Shown: positions 10,349 through 19,330 of the stretch, piece by piece | How positions within the stretch are numbered: the first letter of the stretch is position 1 | Layout of the letters: each line of letters begins with the position of its first letter | NCBI GenBank assembly: GCA_965248435.1 | Contig: OZ252100.1 | Span: 3,456,001-3,520,000 of the forward strand | Length of the DNA: 64,000 bases | DNA from: Candidatus Latescibacterota bacterium | GTDB taxonomy: Bacteria; Latescibacterota; UBA2968; GCA-2709665 | Direction of reading: 5' to 3' | Position numbers and translations under genes: made by a program | The notes under the pieces: generated by a model | Databases searched by the model: none | What the model was told of the DNA's origin: nothing | What the model saw: only the letters and a program-made list of their open reading frames with translations

Positions 10349-10380
10349 GTGGGAGCCCCGAACGGGGCTCCCACTCTTGT
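10349..10380 (+). other. perfect intergenic hairpin (partial terminator or RNA stabiliser)
   Basis: GTGGGAGCCCCG-AA-CGGGGCTCCCAC followed by only a weak U tract (TCTTGT). Confidence 0.7.
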
Positions 10381-10422
10381 AAATGGGGGCGACATTCATT
10401 AAAGCTTCAAGAGGAGAGCACG

Positions 10423-11880
10423 ATGCGTAAATACAGGAGGTTTCTCTGGGTGGCTCCGGCGCTCGCCCTCGTTCTGGTGTTTGCCGGAAATGCCCTGGCG
10501 GGACCCAACCCGGACGCCGTTGTAACGCTTGACATCCAGTTGGCGAGTGGCGATGGGAACACTGAGGATGACGGTGTGACATCGGTTGTCCTGGCGGGTA
10601 ACGAGACAGAGTTCGATGTGGAGATCTTCGTCTCCGGGGTGACGACAGACCTGTTGGGCCTTTCGATCAGCTTCGACACCCTCGATGCTTCGGGTGGAGA
10701 CGTGATCAGTGAAGTCGTGGAGGCCACAGGAGACGACGGCGACTGGCAGTTTTCGATCCCGACAACCCGGGGGACAAATTTTGCGGGTTCTTCCGCGTTC
10801 ACCGTGCCGGCGAGCAATTATGTCGGGACGATAGTTTTCGAAACCCAGGTGGATGTGACGGATGTGGAGTTCAGCCTCAAGGTGTCCGAATTTCTGCTTA
10901 CTCCGATTAGCGGGGCGGCGGATACGGACACCCTCACTGTCAGCACGATACTGCTCTTCAACTCCGCCCCAAAGGCGACGATTCCCGCTGAGGCCGCCGG
11001 TGGAGTAGAAGTTCCTTCCGGAGGCGCAGCCGACCCGGTGAGGGTTACGGTCGCGGGATTTGCGGCCGGTGCAAATCTCACCTGGCACGTGGAAGTCACG
11101 GGGACAGGGGCGACCATCGACGTCTTCGATGATGCCGGTGCTATGATGACGGGCAACATGTTCCCCTCGACGTCGACGTTTATCGATATTAAGGCGACCG
11201 ACGCGGGAGGCGATGTGTCGGTAGAGGTCTGGGCGGAGTCGGATGGTGTAGAATCGGAGCGCGTGACGCTTATGTTCAGTCGCCAGTTGCCGGTAGAGCT
11301 GGCATCGTTCGGCGGCGCACTGGTAGACGACAGCGTGATTCTGAACTGGACGACGGCATCCCAGACGAACAACGCGGGATGGCGTGTGCTTCGGAGCCTC
11401 GACGGCGTGACCTACGAGCAGGTAGGCAAGTTCGTGCTGGGCGCCGGGACGTCTGACGCCCTTCAGAACTACAGCTTCGCAGACAACAAGCTTCCTTCCT
11501 CCGAGAAGGCGTTCTACGTGCTCGAGCAGATCGACCTGGACGGGACGGTGCACCGTTCAAACCGGATCGAGATGCTGATGGGGGCGCGGTTCCTGCCGGC
11601 TCCGACAGAGTTCGCAGTGAACGCATATCCGAACCCGTTCAACCCGAGCACGACCCTGGCCTATGACCTTCCGTCCGATGCGATCGTGAACATCGTTATC
11701 TACGACGCGCTCGGGCAGGAGGTACGCCGTCTCGTTGCCACTCAGAGGAATGCCGGACGGTATACGATACAGTGGGACGCGAGGGACAATCTGGGTCACG
11801 GCGTCGGAAGCGGTGTCTACATCGCAAAGATCGAAGCCGGGTCCTTTTCTGCCTCGCAGAAGATGCTCCTGCTGAAATAG
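10423..11880 (+). CDS. secreted protein with cohesin-like N-terminus and FlgD-Ig/T9SS-type CTD
   Basis: signal peptide; LPVELASF...LNWTTASQTNNAGW module; NAYPNPFNPSTT...QKMLLLK. Confidence 0.85.
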   Translation: MRKYRRFLWVAPALALVLVFAGNALAGPNPDAVVTLDIQLASGDGNTEDDGVTSVVLAGNETEFDVEIFVSGVTTDLLGLSISFDTLDASGGDVISEVVEATGDDGDWQFSIPTTRGTNFAGSSAFTVPASNYVGTIVFETQVDVTDVEFSLKVSEFLLTPISGAADTDTLTVSTILLFNSAPKATIPAEAAGGVEVPSGGAADPVRVTVAGFAAGANLTWHVEVTGTGATIDVFDDAGAMMTGNMFPSTSTFIDIKATDAGGDVSVEVWAESDGVESERVTLMFSRQLPVELASFGGALVDDSVILNWTTASQTNNAGWRVLRSLDGVTYEQVGKFVLGAGTSDALQNYSFADNKLPSSEKAFYVLEQIDLDGTVHRSNRIEMLMGARFLPAPTEFAVNAYPNPFNPSTTLAYDLPSDAIVNIVIYDALGQEVRRLVATQRNAGRYTIQWDARDNLGHGVGSGVYIAKIEAGSFSASQKMLLLK

Positions 11881-11907
11881 CGGGCTGACCAGAATCTTTA
11901 GTTTTAC

Positions 11908-11943
11908 GTCGCCGGGCGGTTTCGATCGCCCGGCGATTTTTTT
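11908..11943 (+). terminator. intrinsic terminator
   Basis: GTCGCCGGGCGGT-TTCG-ATCGCCCGGCGAT followed by a T run. Confidence 0.9.
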
Positions 11944-12173
11944 GTCACGGAGGATATGAGTGACCCGTAAGACACGGAAAGAGTCGAGTGAGGTAGGAAA
12001 CCTTCAGGATGGCGCCCCGGATCTCAGGAAAGGCCATAGAGGGCGCGGAGGGCCACGGAAAGATCGGGTACCGGGAAATCAAAACACGGGTAACGGGCAT
12101 CGCAAGACCACATCTCGCCAGATGAACGAGGTTTTGTAGCTGGCGGAGCGCACGCTCGGTCAATGCATTGCCC

Positions 12174-12196
12174 CGAGATACGAAATACGAGATACG
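12174..12196. repeat. heptamer tandem repeat (CGAGATA/CGAAATA x3)
   Basis: read directly from the sequence. Confidence 0.7.
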
Positions 12197-12291
12197 CTTT
12201 CTCAAGGTGGCGGATTTTTGCGGCATCTGCATCTTAGCGTGAAAACTCGACGTCGAGGGTTGGATTTTTGTGGGATTTGTAATATATTTGT

Positions 12292-12346
12292 AATAAATGA
12301 GTTACGTCGGATATTCGGAGCGGGGATTTGCGGCACGCCTTTCGCA
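12292..12346 (+). promoter_or_regulatory. sigma54-type promoter with upstream IHF-like site
   Basis: CGGCACGCCTTTCGCA (GG-N10-GC, 12332-12345); AATAAATGAGTTA at 12292-12304 is one mismatch from WATCAA-N4-TTR. Confidence 0.55.
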
Positions 12347-12414
12347 AGATGGGCTACGCGTTCCTTCCTCATAGCTGGTGGTCACCTTACCCTTGAGAAT
12401 TGAAGGAGATGCCG

Positions 12415-13245
12415 ATGCTGATTCGTGGTCTACTCACCGCATCATTCGTCGTGTCGCTTGGGGTGAACCAGGCCTTCGGTGGGGCGTGGACCCAGGAGGA
12501 AGGGGGCTACTACCTGAAGCTCCAGGCCGGCTACCTGAATTCGACGGAAGATATCGACGCGGACGGGAACCGGACCCAGAAGGGGTTCTACGGAGGGGCC
12601 CTCAGAGATTTGAACTATTCGGTCTATCTCGAGTACGGGCTCATTGAGCATACCACGATCGTTGTCTCCCTGCCCTACAAACGGATGGTGGACAAGCACA
12701 ACTTCGTCAACGGGATCGCCCGCGAGAAGCGATCCGGCTTCGGCGACGTGGAACTCAGGTTCAGGCAGCTGATCAAGACGGCTCCGGTCGTGCTCTCTGT
12801 GGCCATCGGGGGCAAGGTCCCGCTGTGGTACAAAGACGACCCCGGCACCCGTGTCCCGCTCAGCAGCCGGAAAGTGGACTTTGACGGGCGTTTCCTGGCG
12901 GGCCGGAGCCTTTACCCGTTTCCGGGATATGTGACTGGGGAGGCCGGCTTTCGGATTCGTGGAGGTGATTTCAGCAACGAAGGATTTTATGCCCTGGAAG
13001 GCGGGGTTTCTTTGGGGCGCGTGCTGATGAAGGCGACCGTGTCGGGTATTTTGACGACAGGTGAATGCGTTGCCGGCCAAGAGGTGAATCTCATCGGAGA
13101 TCAGAACGTCTTAAAGATATCTCCAGGTGTGATTTGTCAGCTCCATCCAAGGCTGGAATTCAGCCTGGATCTGATTCACGTGGCCTCAGGATGCAATACG
13201 GCGGCGGGAAATACCCTGTTCTTCGGCGTGGCCCTGAAGCGCTGA
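12415..13245 (+). CDS. putative outer-membrane beta-barrel protein
   Basis: signal peptide then AWTQ..G; YLEYGL, SGFGDVEL, alternating beta-strand pattern. Confidence 0.6.
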   Translation: MLIRGLLTASFVVSLGVNQAFGGAWTQEEGGYYLKLQAGYLNSTEDIDADGNRTQKGFYGGALRDLNYSVYLEYGLIEHTTIVVSLPYKRMVDKHNFVNGIAREKRSGFGDVELRFRQLIKTAPVVLSVAIGGKVPLWYKDDPGTRVPLSSRKVDFDGRFLAGRSLYPFPGYVTGEAGFRIRGGDFSNEGFYALEGGVSLGRVLMKATVSGILTTGECVAGQEVNLIGDQNVLKISPGVICQLHPRLEFSLDLIHVASGCNTAAGNTLFFGVALKR

Positions 13246-13313
13246 GGAGCGCCCCCTGATTAGTATAAGACACATATAAATCACAGAGTTGTGATCATAT
13301 GGAAAGCCGATTC

Positions 13314-13347
13314 TCGGGTTGACAACCCGAATCGAATCCTATAAATT
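13314..13347 (+). promoter_or_regulatory. sigma70 promoter of msrP with the -35 inside a perfect palindrome
   Basis: TCGGGTTG-A-CAACCCGA contains TTGACA (13319-13324); TAAATT lies 17 nt downstream. Confidence 0.6.
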
Positions 13348-13381
13348 TTCACGAAGCCGGGATCGAAAGGAAGGAGCGGAT

Positions 13382-14404
13382 ATGCCGAGGCGAGGTTGGG
13401 AGATTCCCGAAAGAGAGGCCACACCAGAGGCGGTCTTTCTCAACCGCAGAAAGTTTCTGAAGGCTGCTGGGGCCACAAGCTTGGGTGCGATCGGCCTGCT
13501 GGGTTGCGGACACGAGCGGTTGTTCGAATCGTTTGAAAGTGCGGCGGTCCCCGGGAGTCCGGCTGGAGGAGCGGCGCCCGATGCGCCGTCTTCGCCCGGC
13601 CTGGACCCCAACCGGGTTCTTTATCCTGCGGACCTGAATGCCGACTTCGCCCAGCTGGACCGGCCGTTGACGGACGAAAGCGTGGCCGGAGGCTATAACA
13701 ACTTTTACGAATTCAGTTTCGGAAAACAGGACGTTGCGAAGAAGGCGGAGAACTTCACGACCGACAACTGGACGCTCTCGGTTTCTGGCGAAGTGGAGGA
13801 CCCGAAGACGTATGATGTAGATCAGCTGATCCGAAGCATGCCATTGGAGGAGCGGCTCTATCGCCATCGGTGCGTGGAGGCCTGGGCCATGGCGGTCCCG
13901 TGGACCGGATTTCCGATGAAGCTTTTGGTCGACCTGGTCAAGCCTTTGTCTTCGGCGAAGTTTGTGAAGATGACGACCTTCCTCGATCCTGAGGTTGCTG
14001 ATGGGCAGTTCCAAACGCCTCAGTGGCCGTGGCCTTACGTTGAGGGAATCTCGGTCGAGGAGGCGATGAACGATCTTACGATGCTTGTGACGGGGATCTA
14101 CGGTCACGAACTCCCGAGCCAGCACGGCGCACCGATCAGGCTGGTGACCCCCTGGAAGTATGGGTTCAAGAGCATAAAGTCGATCGTGAGCATCGAATTC
14201 ACACGAGAGCAACCCGCGACCTTCTGGAATACGCTCGTTCCGAAGGAGTACGGGTTTATCGGGAACGTAGAACCGCAGGTCCCACACCCTCGATGGTCGC
14301 AGGCCTCGGAGCGGATGATCGGAAACGACGAGGTCTTACCCACGCTGCCCTACAACGGCTATGGCGATTTCGTGGCGCACCTGTATTCGTCTTCCGGGGG
14401 GTAG
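13382..14404 (+). CDS. msrP: protein-methionine-sulfoxide reductase catalytic subunit (Moco, Tat-exported)
   Basis: NRRKFLK Tat motif; YNNFYEF; RHRCVEAWAM; HGAPIRLVTPWKYGFKSIKSI; PHPRWSQA. Confidence 0.95.
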   Translation: MPRRGWEIPEREATPEAVFLNRRKFLKAAGATSLGAIGLLGCGHERLFESFESAAVPGSPAGGAAPDAPSSPGLDPNRVLYPADLNADFAQLDRPLTDESVAGGYNNFYEFSFGKQDVAKKAENFTTDNWTLSVSGEVEDPKTYDVDQLIRSMPLEERLYRHRCVEAWAMAVPWTGFPMKLLVDLVKPLSSAKFVKMTTFLDPEVADGQFQTPQWPWPYVEGISVEEAMNDLTMLVTGIYGHELPSQHGAPIRLVTPWKYGFKSIKSIVSIEFTREQPATFWNTLVPKEYGFIGNVEPQVPHPRWSQASERMIGNDEVLPTLPYNGYGDFVAHLYSSSGG

Positions 14405-14513
14405 CGTCCACAGCCAGATTTCGTTTCTAAGTTGACATTGGGGCCCTGGTGCCTGTATTTTATATGCTACTGGGGCTTTATGATGAAGTTCGAGATCTAC
14501 TGACGCGAGGTTC

Positions 14514-14849
14514 GTGATGCAGGTTCGGACAATCGAATTCCAGGAGAGTTTTGGACGCGTTGCCGTAGAGACGTCCAGACAGCAGAGTCTGCTGTTGAGG
14601 GAGCCGGAGATGGCCCGGCAGCAGGTTGCGCTGATGGCGGCCAGCGAACGGGCCTTAAACCTCACGCGGCCGATGCCGGCCACGCAGCCTGAGAATACGA
14701 TCATAGACCCGAATCAGAGGCACACGCCCGAAAGACATCCAGAATCTGGATCTCGGGACAGGCAATCATCAGGAGGATCGGAAGAGGAGAATGCGCCCCC
14801 GCCCGGAACGGATGGTGTTTCGGGCACGAGGATCGATGTCGTTGCCTGA
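14514..14849 (+). CDS. small hypothetical protein
   Basis: TTGACA upstream (14432) and a terminator downstream; ends in GTRIDVVA. Confidence 0.55.
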   Translation: MMQVRTIEFQESFGRVAVETSRQQSLLLREPEMARQQVALMAASERALNLTRPMPATQPENTIIDPNQRHTPERHPESGSRDRQSSGGSEEENAPPPGTDGVSGTRIDVVA

Positions 14850-14888
14850 CAGGCCGGGGGAGATTCGATTCACGATTTTTGGGAAAGG

Positions 14889-14926
14889 CTGCCGCCGTCT
14901 CCCGTTTGAGAAGGCGGCAGTTTTTT
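14889..14926 (+). terminator. intrinsic terminator
   Basis: CTGCCGCCGTCTC...GAGAAGGCGGCAG followed by TTTTTT. Confidence 0.75.
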
Positions 14927-14946
14927 CGATTCAAGGGGAGGCGTGA

Positions 14947-15900
14947 ATGAGGACTCGCGTCCTGGTTCTTATCTCGATCGCTCATCTTTTCCTCGTTCTT
15001 CACGCAGAGGCGTCTGAGCCGATCACACTTCGGCTGACTTTTCCGGAAGGCAGAACCGTCACCTATAACCACAAATACAAAACCAGGTATGGCAGCAATC
15101 AGGCCGAGCATATCCTCCCCCAGCGAATCGCCAGGCCCGGACGCGTCGGGGTAGAGGTCAACGGTTCCTGGAAGAGTTTGGAGCTTGTCCGAATCCTGGC
15201 GGAGGATCTCGCAGAGGGGGAAGCAAGCGAGGAGATAGGAATTCTCGCCAGGGTGGAAGAGGCGACCAGCAAAGTGATCTTCGGCGGCAATATCGTGTCC
15301 AGTCAGGAGTGGGACCCCTACGATATGGCCGAGCTGAGCGGGCGAAAATTTTCCTGGAAGATTGGTCCCGAGGGCGAGGTGAGCGATTTCAAGGCTGAAT
15401 TCCCTGAATATGAGCTCCATCGGCAGGATCTGATCTCGGAGCTTGGTCAGTTCCTGATGCCCGAGTACCATCCCGTGCTCCCCAAGGATCCTGTCAACGT
15501 CGGGGATACGTGGAGCGGGACCCGATCCTTCGAGAGCAGCTTTTTTCTAGGAGGTGTGAGGAGATATCACAAGCCTCTCGTGAAGATCAAGAGCCTTTAC
15601 AAGCTCAAGAAGCTGGGCAAGAAGAAGGGCCGGAGAACGGCCGAGATCGAAGAGAGCCGAGAAATAGAATACACGGGCTGGATGTTTGCGGCGTATGTCT
15701 CTGTCATTATGAGAGGCGAGGGACACGGCACGGCGAAGTGGGTTATCGACATCGATCGAGGCCTGGTTCTCTCCCAGAAGACGCGGTTTGATCTTGAAAG
15801 ACCTGAAGTGTTCCTCCCGGGGGCTGAGTCCGCTCTCGGCAAGGTGATCGCAGACTTCAGGCTGGATTTCGAGCGGAAGCTGGACAAGGTGGAGGAGTAG
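14947..15900 (+). CDS. secreted hypothetical protein (beta-rich)
   Basis: SD GGAGG; signal peptide; LP..PV.VGDTW motif. Confidence 0.7.
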   Translation: MRTRVLVLISIAHLFLVLHAEASEPITLRLTFPEGRTVTYNHKYKTRYGSNQAEHILPQRIARPGRVGVEVNGSWKSLELVRILAEDLAEGEASEEIGILARVEEATSKVIFGGNIVSSQEWDPYDMAELSGRKFSWKIGPEGEVSDFKAEFPEYELHRQDLISELGQFLMPEYHPVLPKDPVNVGDTWSGTRSFESSFFLGGVRRYHKPLVKIKSLYKLKKLGKKKGRRTAEIEESREIEYTGWMFAAYVSVIMRGEGHGTAKWVIDIDRGLVLSQKTRFDLERPEVFLPGAESALGKVIADFRLDFERKLDKVEE

Positions 15901-15922
15901 ATGAGAGGGGGGCTGTCGAGGC

Positions 15923-15951
15923 TTGACATTAAATTTGACTTATGCTAAACT
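15923..15951 (+). promoter_or_regulatory. sigma70 promoter of the proteasome operon
   Basis: TTGACA, 17 nt, TAAACT with TGn extended -10. Confidence 0.75.
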
Positions 15952-16054
15952 ACGAGGCGTTTCAGGCCGAATAGTAAAGGATACGTTCGCTGCACCCAAT
16001 CAGTACGTCATCGTGCTGTCTGAAGCTTAGGATTATGTCGGCTTAGTTGAGGAG

Positions 16055-17776
16055 GTGAGTCCGATCAGTCTCGAGGATTCGGGTAAAAAGAGAAAGACCC
16101 CGGACGATTTTCTGCAAGATTACGTGGATATGCAGCACACCTTCAAGTCGCTGTCGATCATCGATCAGATTCTGACATCGATGGACGAGAAGGACCGCCG
16201 CCGTCCGCTGCTTTACCAGCTTCGCCGCCAACTTCAGGAGGACGAGATTACCTTCGAGGAGGCGCGTCGTACCATCGTCGAGATGGAATCGGCATTGGAG
16301 AAGGTCACCTCTCCGGCAAATCGAGTCGGGACGTTACTGGAGCCTCCCAAGAACGGCGTCGCCTACATTTCCGTCGGGGGTTCCGAATATTTCGCAAACG
16401 TGGATTCACGCATCGATGAGTCTGACTTGAAGGTGGGCACGCGGGTACTCGTGAACGAGGCCTTTGCCGTCGTCGGAGATCTGGGCTACGCTACCTCGGG
16501 GCCATTGGCCAAGGTCGCGGACGTCCTTGATGACGGACGCGTCAGGGTCGGTCAAGAGCACGGACTTCAGGCCGTAATTCTGGAACGATCCAGCGACCTG
16601 AAGGAGGTTACGCTGAAGCCGGGTGAGGAGGTCCGAGCAGATCCCAACTTCAGGATTGCCGTTGAGCGCGTGCCCGGCCGGGAGGCCAAGGACTACTATC
16701 TCGAGGAAATCGAAGAACTTCCTTGGGAAATGATCGGGGGCCAGGAGGCCGCCATCCGGGCGATCAAAGATACGATCGAGATGCCGGTGCTTCATCCGGA
16801 GCTATTCGCAAAGTTTCAATACAGCACGCCAAAGGGTTTCCTTCTTTACGGTCCACCGGGGTGTGGTAAGACACTGATCGGCAAGGCCACTGCTTATAAT
16901 CTCGTTGAGCAGGTGCGAGAGGAGGCCGGGCTCAATCTGAAGGAATGTTTCATTCATATCAAAGGACCGGAAATCCTCAATATGTGGCTCGGGGAGTCGG
17001 AACGTCAGGTCCGGGAAATTTTCTCGCGTGCTCGGGAAAAACGCAAAGAAGGCTACCTCCCGATCGTGTTCATCGATGAGGCCGAGTCGGTTCTGGGCAC
17101 GCGGCGCGCCGTTCATTCTCACAATATTTCGAACACGGTCGTACCGATGTTCTGCGCGGAGATGGACGGTATAGAGTCCCTTCAGGATGTTGTGATCATT
17201 TTGGCTTCGAACCGTCCAGATCTTATCGATCCGGCGCTTCTACGGCCGGGTCGGATCGATCGAAAGATCAAGGTCGTCCGCCCGGACAAGGCCGGCGCGA
17301 AGGAGATTATGGGAATCTACCTGACTGCGGATTTGCCCATCGACCAGGCCACGGTGGAAAAACACGGGGGTGGAGACCTCAATGATGCGGTGACGGACCT
17401 TGTCGGCCAGACTGTGGCAGAGGTATTTGCTCGAAGGGATGACACTCGATTCCTGGAAGTCTTGTTTCGCAGCGGTCGTAAGGAGATCCTGCATCGCGGG
17501 GAGCTCTGCAGCGGAGCCATCCTGGAGTCGATCGTGAAGCGAGCCAAGGAGCTCGCCATCCGAAGGTCTATCGCATCAGGATCCGACGAGGGCATCTCAC
17601 TGGAGGATCTGCTTCAGGCGGCAGAGACCGAGTACACCGAGAATGAGATCTTTCCACCGACTGACAACACGGAAGATTGGCTGAAGCTGCTGGATTACGA
17701 CCCTGAGAACGTGGTGAGGGCCTCTCCCATTCGTCCGAACCGGAATGCCCTTAGAAAGGGCAGCGGCGTCATCTAG
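16055..17776 (+). CDS. arc: proteasome-associated AAA+ ATPase (ARC/Mpa)
   Basis: coiled coil and two OB domains; GPPGCGKT Walker A; KGPEILNMWLGESE; VFIDE; ASNRPDLIDPALLRPGRIDRKI; SGAILESIV. Confidence 0.95.
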   Translation: MSPISLEDSGKKRKTPDDFLQDYVDMQHTFKSLSIIDQILTSMDEKDRRRPLLYQLRRQLQEDEITFEEARRTIVEMESALEKVTSPANRVGTLLEPPKNGVAYISVGGSEYFANVDSRIDESDLKVGTRVLVNEAFAVVGDLGYATSGPLAKVADVLDDGRVRVGQEHGLQAVILERSSDLKEVTLKPGEEVRADPNFRIAVERVPGREAKDYYLEEIEELPWEMIGGQEAAIRAIKDTIEMPVLHPELFAKFQYSTPKGFLLYGPPGCGKTLIGKATAYNLVEQVREEAGLNLKECFIHIKGPEILNMWLGESERQVREIFSRAREKRKEGYLPIVFIDEAESVLGTRRAVHSHNISNTVVPMFCAEMDGIESLQDVVIILASNRPDLIDPALLRPGRIDRKIKVVRPDKAGAKEIMGIYLTADLPIDQATVEKHGGGDLNDAVTDLVGQTVAEVFARRDDTRFLEVLFRSGRKEILHRGELCSGAILESIVKRAKELAIRRSIASGSDEGISLEDLLQAAETEYTENEIFPPTDNTEDWLKLLDYDPENVVRASPIRPNRNALRKGSGVI

Positions 17777-17784
17777 GGTCATAA

Positions 17785-19305
17785 ATGGATCGTATATTCG
17801 GTTTGGAGACAGAGTATGGAATCACCATCGACGGCATCGACAAGATCGATGTGGTCCAGGAGTCGATGGAATTGATCAGATGCTATCAGCAGGGAGAGTT
17901 CGTGCCGCTTTGGGATTACGAGCTTGAGAACCCTCGCAAAGATGTTCGCGGTTTTGAAGTAGGAGAGCTGCTCAACGACCTTGACGAGAAGGTTCACCTC
18001 CAGAAGGACCGAAAGCGGAAGATTCCGCTCAAGGAACTGAAAAGCGATCTGGTCATCTACAACGGCGCCCGCTTCTATAACGATCACACGCATCCTGAAT
18101 ACTCGACGGGCGAGTGTCAAAGTCTTTTCGACCTTGTGGCTCAGGACAAGGCCGGCGAGCGGATCGTGGATATCTGCTCGCGTCGACGCACAGAGATGCT
18201 CCCGCACGGGGCTGCAAAGATGTACAAGAACAATACTGATTTTGATGGTCACAGTTACGGGTGCCACGAGAACTACTTGATGGATCGTTCGGTCCCCTTT
18301 GAAAGGATCGTTAAGGGGCTTCTGCCTTTTTTTGCGACCCGACAGATTTTTGCAGGTGCTGGGAAAGTGGGTGTTGAGCGTGGAGACAAGGCCTCACTTT
18401 ATCAACTTTCACAGCGGGCGGAGTTTTTCGATGTAATTGCCAGTGTAGACACGATGCACAAGCGGCCTATCGTAAATACGCGTGATGAACCCCACGCCGA
18501 CTCGGAACGCTACCGTCGCTTGCACGTGATCGTGGGCGATGCAAACATGTCGGAGTACGCAACGGCGCTGAAAGTCGGAACCACGACCCTCGTCGTTGAT
18601 CTGATCGAGCGAGACGTTCTCCCGGAGGTGGTTCTGAAGGATCCGATCTCGGCGATGAAGGATGTGTCCCGGGATCAGAGCCGACAGTGGCTGGTCGAGG
18701 TGGACGGTGGAGATCGGCGATTGGTTCCTTCTGTTGAGATTCAACGGGCCTACCTGGACCTCGCAAAAGAGGTGATGGCGGGGCGGGATGAAGAAACGGA
18801 CTGGGTGTTGGTTCGATGGGAGGAGGTTTTGGATGCGTTGGAGTCGGATCCTATGAACCTGGTGGGGATGTGTGATTGGGTGACGAAGAAATGGCTTCTA
18901 GATTGTTTTTGCGAGACAGAGGGCCTCTCCTGGGATGACCCTGAAGCGCTCACGTGGATGCAGAGCCAGGATCTGGAATATCACAACGTAGATCGTGAGT
19001 CCGGTCTCTATTACATCCTTGAATCCCAGGGAAAGATGCTACGCGTCGTTGATGATCAGGAGATCGCATCCGCGATGTCATCACCGCCTGTAAATACGCG
19101 CGCCTACTTCCGCGGGGGATGCCTTGAAAAATTCGGGGATAGAGTGAAGTCGATCAACTGGGACCGCATCGTCTTTTCCCTGAACGGCAAGCCTCGAACC
19201 GTGGATCTGAAGGGGCTGATAGAGTCTAAAAAGGCAGAAGAATGCAACAGCTTGTTAGATCGCTCAGATACCCTTGAACAACTACTGGAAAACCTTAACG
19301 CGTAG
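17785..19305 (+). CDS. dop: Dop-family depupylase/deamidase (PafA2)
   Basis: RIFGLETEYG; NGARFYNDHTHPEY; GHSYGCHENY; NTRDEPHAD; position between arc and the modifier gene. Confidence 0.9.
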   Translation: MDRIFGLETEYGITIDGIDKIDVVQESMELIRCYQQGEFVPLWDYELENPRKDVRGFEVGELLNDLDEKVHLQKDRKRKIPLKELKSDLVIYNGARFYNDHTHPEYSTGECQSLFDLVAQDKAGERIVDICSRRRTEMLPHGAAKMYKNNTDFDGHSYGCHENYLMDRSVPFERIVKGLLPFFATRQIFAGAGKVGVERGDKASLYQLSQRAEFFDVIASVDTMHKRPIVNTRDEPHADSERYRRLHVIVGDANMSEYATALKVGTTTLVVDLIERDVLPEVVLKDPISAMKDVSRDQSRQWLVEVDGGDRRLVPSVEIQRAYLDLAKEVMAGRDEETDWVLVRWEEVLDALESDPMNLVGMCDWVTKKWLLDCFCETEGLSWDDPEALTWMQSQDLEYHNVDRESGLYYILESQGKMLRVVDDQEIASAMSSPPVNTRAYFRGGCLEKFGDRVKSINWDRIVFSLNGKPRTVDLKGLIESKKAEECNSLLDRSDTLEQLLENLNA

Positions 19306-19330
19306 ATCTGTGCGGAGGGAGAGTGATTAT

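Noticed and set aside
5828-11799. Many long antisense ORFs (e.g. 6540-7400, 9234-10145, 10399-11553)
   Set aside because: Shadow frames caused by GC-biased codon usage of the two plus-strand genes; no recognisable motifs
19274-19330. N-terminal extension of the 86-aa ORF
   Set aside because: It overlaps dop; the SD and ATG at 19331 give a typical UBact length
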